From: Chiloscyllium plagiosum
Lineage: Eukaryota
Assembly: GCF_004010195.1 (NCBI RefSeq)
Contig: NC_057719.1
Span: 60,375,080-60,439,079 of the forward strand
Direction of reading: 5' to 3'
DNA: 64,000 nt
Both the position numbers and the translations under genes were made by a program. Numbering within the stretch: position 1 is the stretch's first letter; each line of letters begins with the position of its first letter. Under the pieces are notes generated by a model. That model searched no databases and was not told the origin of the DNA. It worked only from the letters and a program-made list of their open reading frames with translations. Below, piece by piece: positions 62,013 through 64,000 of the stretch.

Positions 62013-62339
62013 TGAACATATTCAAAGTTTAGATAAAGGGTTGGTCTCTCAGAGAATTGTGAGATATGGCTCATTGGTGAGAAAATGGATTTGAATCCAT
62101 GAATCAATCATATTCATATTGAATAATGCAACAGGCTGGACCATTTGTAAAATCTATTTAAGTTCTTTATGTTTTTGTGGTGCTCTGTCATCATGACACC
62201 TGAATTACACAAATCTTGTATTGACCATTATCATTTCATTATATTGATTGTTGTCACTGAACATAACAATAATAAGTTTCCCAAAAATAAACCAAAAAGT
62301 AGAATTACAGATGTCCCACCTTGCTCTCATGCCTGCTCC

Positions 62340-63400
62340 GACAGGGTTTTTTGTATCTTATTAGGGAAAGTGAGTATCATTGGATAGGCCAGCATTTGTT
62401 GCTCATCTCTAGTTGTCCACAAAAAAGTGGCAGTGTACCGACTTCCTGAACTATTAAAGTCCTCTGGTGTAGTTATACCCACAGTGTTATCAAGACATAA
62501 TTTCCAGGCTTTTGACAATGAAGATATAGTTCTCAGCCAAGGTAGTATATGGTTTGGAAGGGAATTTGCAGGTGCTGGAATTTCCATGCATCAGTTGCCT
62601 CAAGTGGTAGAGGGCATAGATTTGGAAAGTGGTTTGGTGAGTTGCTGCAGTGCTGAAAGGCTAAATGCTCAAGGTGGTGGATGGGGTGCTGACCTTTTCT
62701 GGGTGACGTTGTGCTTCTTCAGTGTTTTTAGGGCCACATGCATCCAGGTAAATTGAAGTTTATTCTATTAGATTTCTGACTTGTACCTTGTAAATTATGG
62801 ACATGCTTTTGGAGGCATGGTGCTCAGTGGTTAGCACTGTTGCCCCACAATGTCAGGCACCTAGGTTTGATTCCACCCTTAGACGACTGCTTGTGCAGAG
62901 TTTGCATGGTCTCCCCGTGTCTGCATGGGTTTTCACCCACAGTCCAAAGATGAGCATGTCGATTGGTCATGTTCAATTGCCCACAATGTCCAGGCTTGTG
63001 CAGGCTAGGTGGAATAGCCATGGGAAATGCAGGATGATAGAACATGGGGTGGAATGCTCTTTGGAGGATTGGTGTGGACTTGATAGGTGGAATGGCCTCT
63101 TTTCACATGGTAGGGATTCTATGAAAGTCAGTTAACTGTTTTGGAATTTATTGCTTCTAACTGATTCTTGTAGCCACAGTATGTATTGGTCCAGTTAATA
63201 TTTCTGATCAATGGTAACTCACAAAAAAATTGATTGTGGAGGGGTCAGTGATGATAATGCTATTAAATATCTAAGGGATCTTGTTTAAGATGGTCACTGT
63301 TTGAAACTGGTATGGTGCAATTGTTACTTGCCACTTATCAGCCTTGATACCCAGGTCTTGTTGTATTTGGGCAGGGATACGCAAGCTTGTCTGATGTGAC
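62340..63400 (-). mobile_element. CR1-clade LINE fragment (family of 19240-19950) interrupted by a SINE
   Basis: ttcttgtagccacagtatgtattggtccagtt..ctgatcaatggtaac is the reverse complement of the 19320-19380 motif. Confidence 0.7.
62812..63125 (+). mobile_element. Older HE1-type SINE
   Basis: ggcatggtgctcagtggttagcactg head, agtttgcatggtctccccgtgtctgc core, ttctatga tail. Confidence 0.85.
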
Positions 63401-63479
63401 CTAAGATCCATTTAACTCCTCTGAATAGATGACATGTCACAGTGCAATACTGAGTAGTTCTGTAGGAAACAGGAGGAGG

Positions 63480-64000
63480 CAGATGCATGGCAACATTGTC
63501 ACTGTATTAGTAATCCATAGATCCAGATTAAAGCATTGGAGGCATGAGTTCAAATCCCACCATGGCAGATGCCAAACTTTGAATTCAATTCATCAATCTG
63601 GAGTTAAAAAAACTAGTCAAAATGTCAACCATGAAACTATTGTGACTAGTTCATGAATGTCCTTGAGAGGAAGGAAATTTGCTGTCGTTTTCTGGTGTGA
63701 TCTACATGTCAATCCAGATCCTCATTAATGTCACTCTAAAAACGTCTATCAAGTCATATGGCAACACCAACTACTAAATTGAAAAAAACGAATGAAACCT
63801 GATAGATGATTTGGCATTGATCTGCACTGGAAACAGCACAGTAAAACTAGGTGTGCCAACCCTTCAAAACCTTCTTACTAGTGTCTAAGGGTTATGCTAA
63901 GTTTGGCAGAGCTGTCGCACTGACTAGTCAAGCAACAGCCTGGCATTGTCTATAAAGCATGATTCCATGAATATAAGTATGCCTCAGACACTACCATCAC
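63480..64000 (+). mobile_element. 5' end of a LINE-like element: tRNA-like head followed by APE endonuclease start
   Basis: B-box-like gagttcaaatccc at 63546; LAELSH*LVKQQPGIV at ~63903 resembles an endonuclease N-terminus. Confidence 0.5.

Larger units (their letters stand above)
61500..62170 (+). mobile_element. CR1 remnants (ORF1 esterase piece, then 3' end)
   Basis: RKKGF*FMGHFHQYLGKSELFH*HSVHLN resembles the ORF1 C-terminus; decayed 3' end follows. Confidence 0.55.

Noticed and set aside
1..64000. CRISPR array, prokaryotic operon or rRNA
   Set aside because: No regularly spaced direct repeats or long intact ORFs; the content is eukaryotic interspersed repeats

Overview
This is AT-rich, repeat-dense vertebrate DNA, almost certainly from a shark. 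That is an inference from the HE1/V-SINEs, CR1 LINEs and shark-type Penelope-like repeats. I could not assemble an intact host protein-coding gene, so the window reads as intergenic or deep intronic. Retroelements include a near full-length, frameshifted CR1 (38.0-42.0 kb: zinc-finger/SGNH-esterase ORF1, APE-RT ORF2), many CR1, L2, Rex1 and RTE fragments, HE1 SINEs, a solo LTR, Gypsy remnants and a decayed Penelope-like element with RT and GIY-YIG. DNA transposons include Tigger/pogo MITEs and a Harbinger transposase remnant. The most notable pattern is at least nine short Penelope-derived insertions of 0.12-0.7 kb, most of them hairpins, each flanked by a 9-17 bp direct duplication. They carry intact or decayed minimal hammerhead-ribozyme cores (CTGANGA-A-helix II-GAAA-palindrome) in three families with different helix sequences but the same fold. 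Unique sequence also holds two long hairpins (46.7 and 51.4 kb) and several enhancer-like motif clusters. All family names come from motif recognition by eye, and boundaries of old fragments are approximate.
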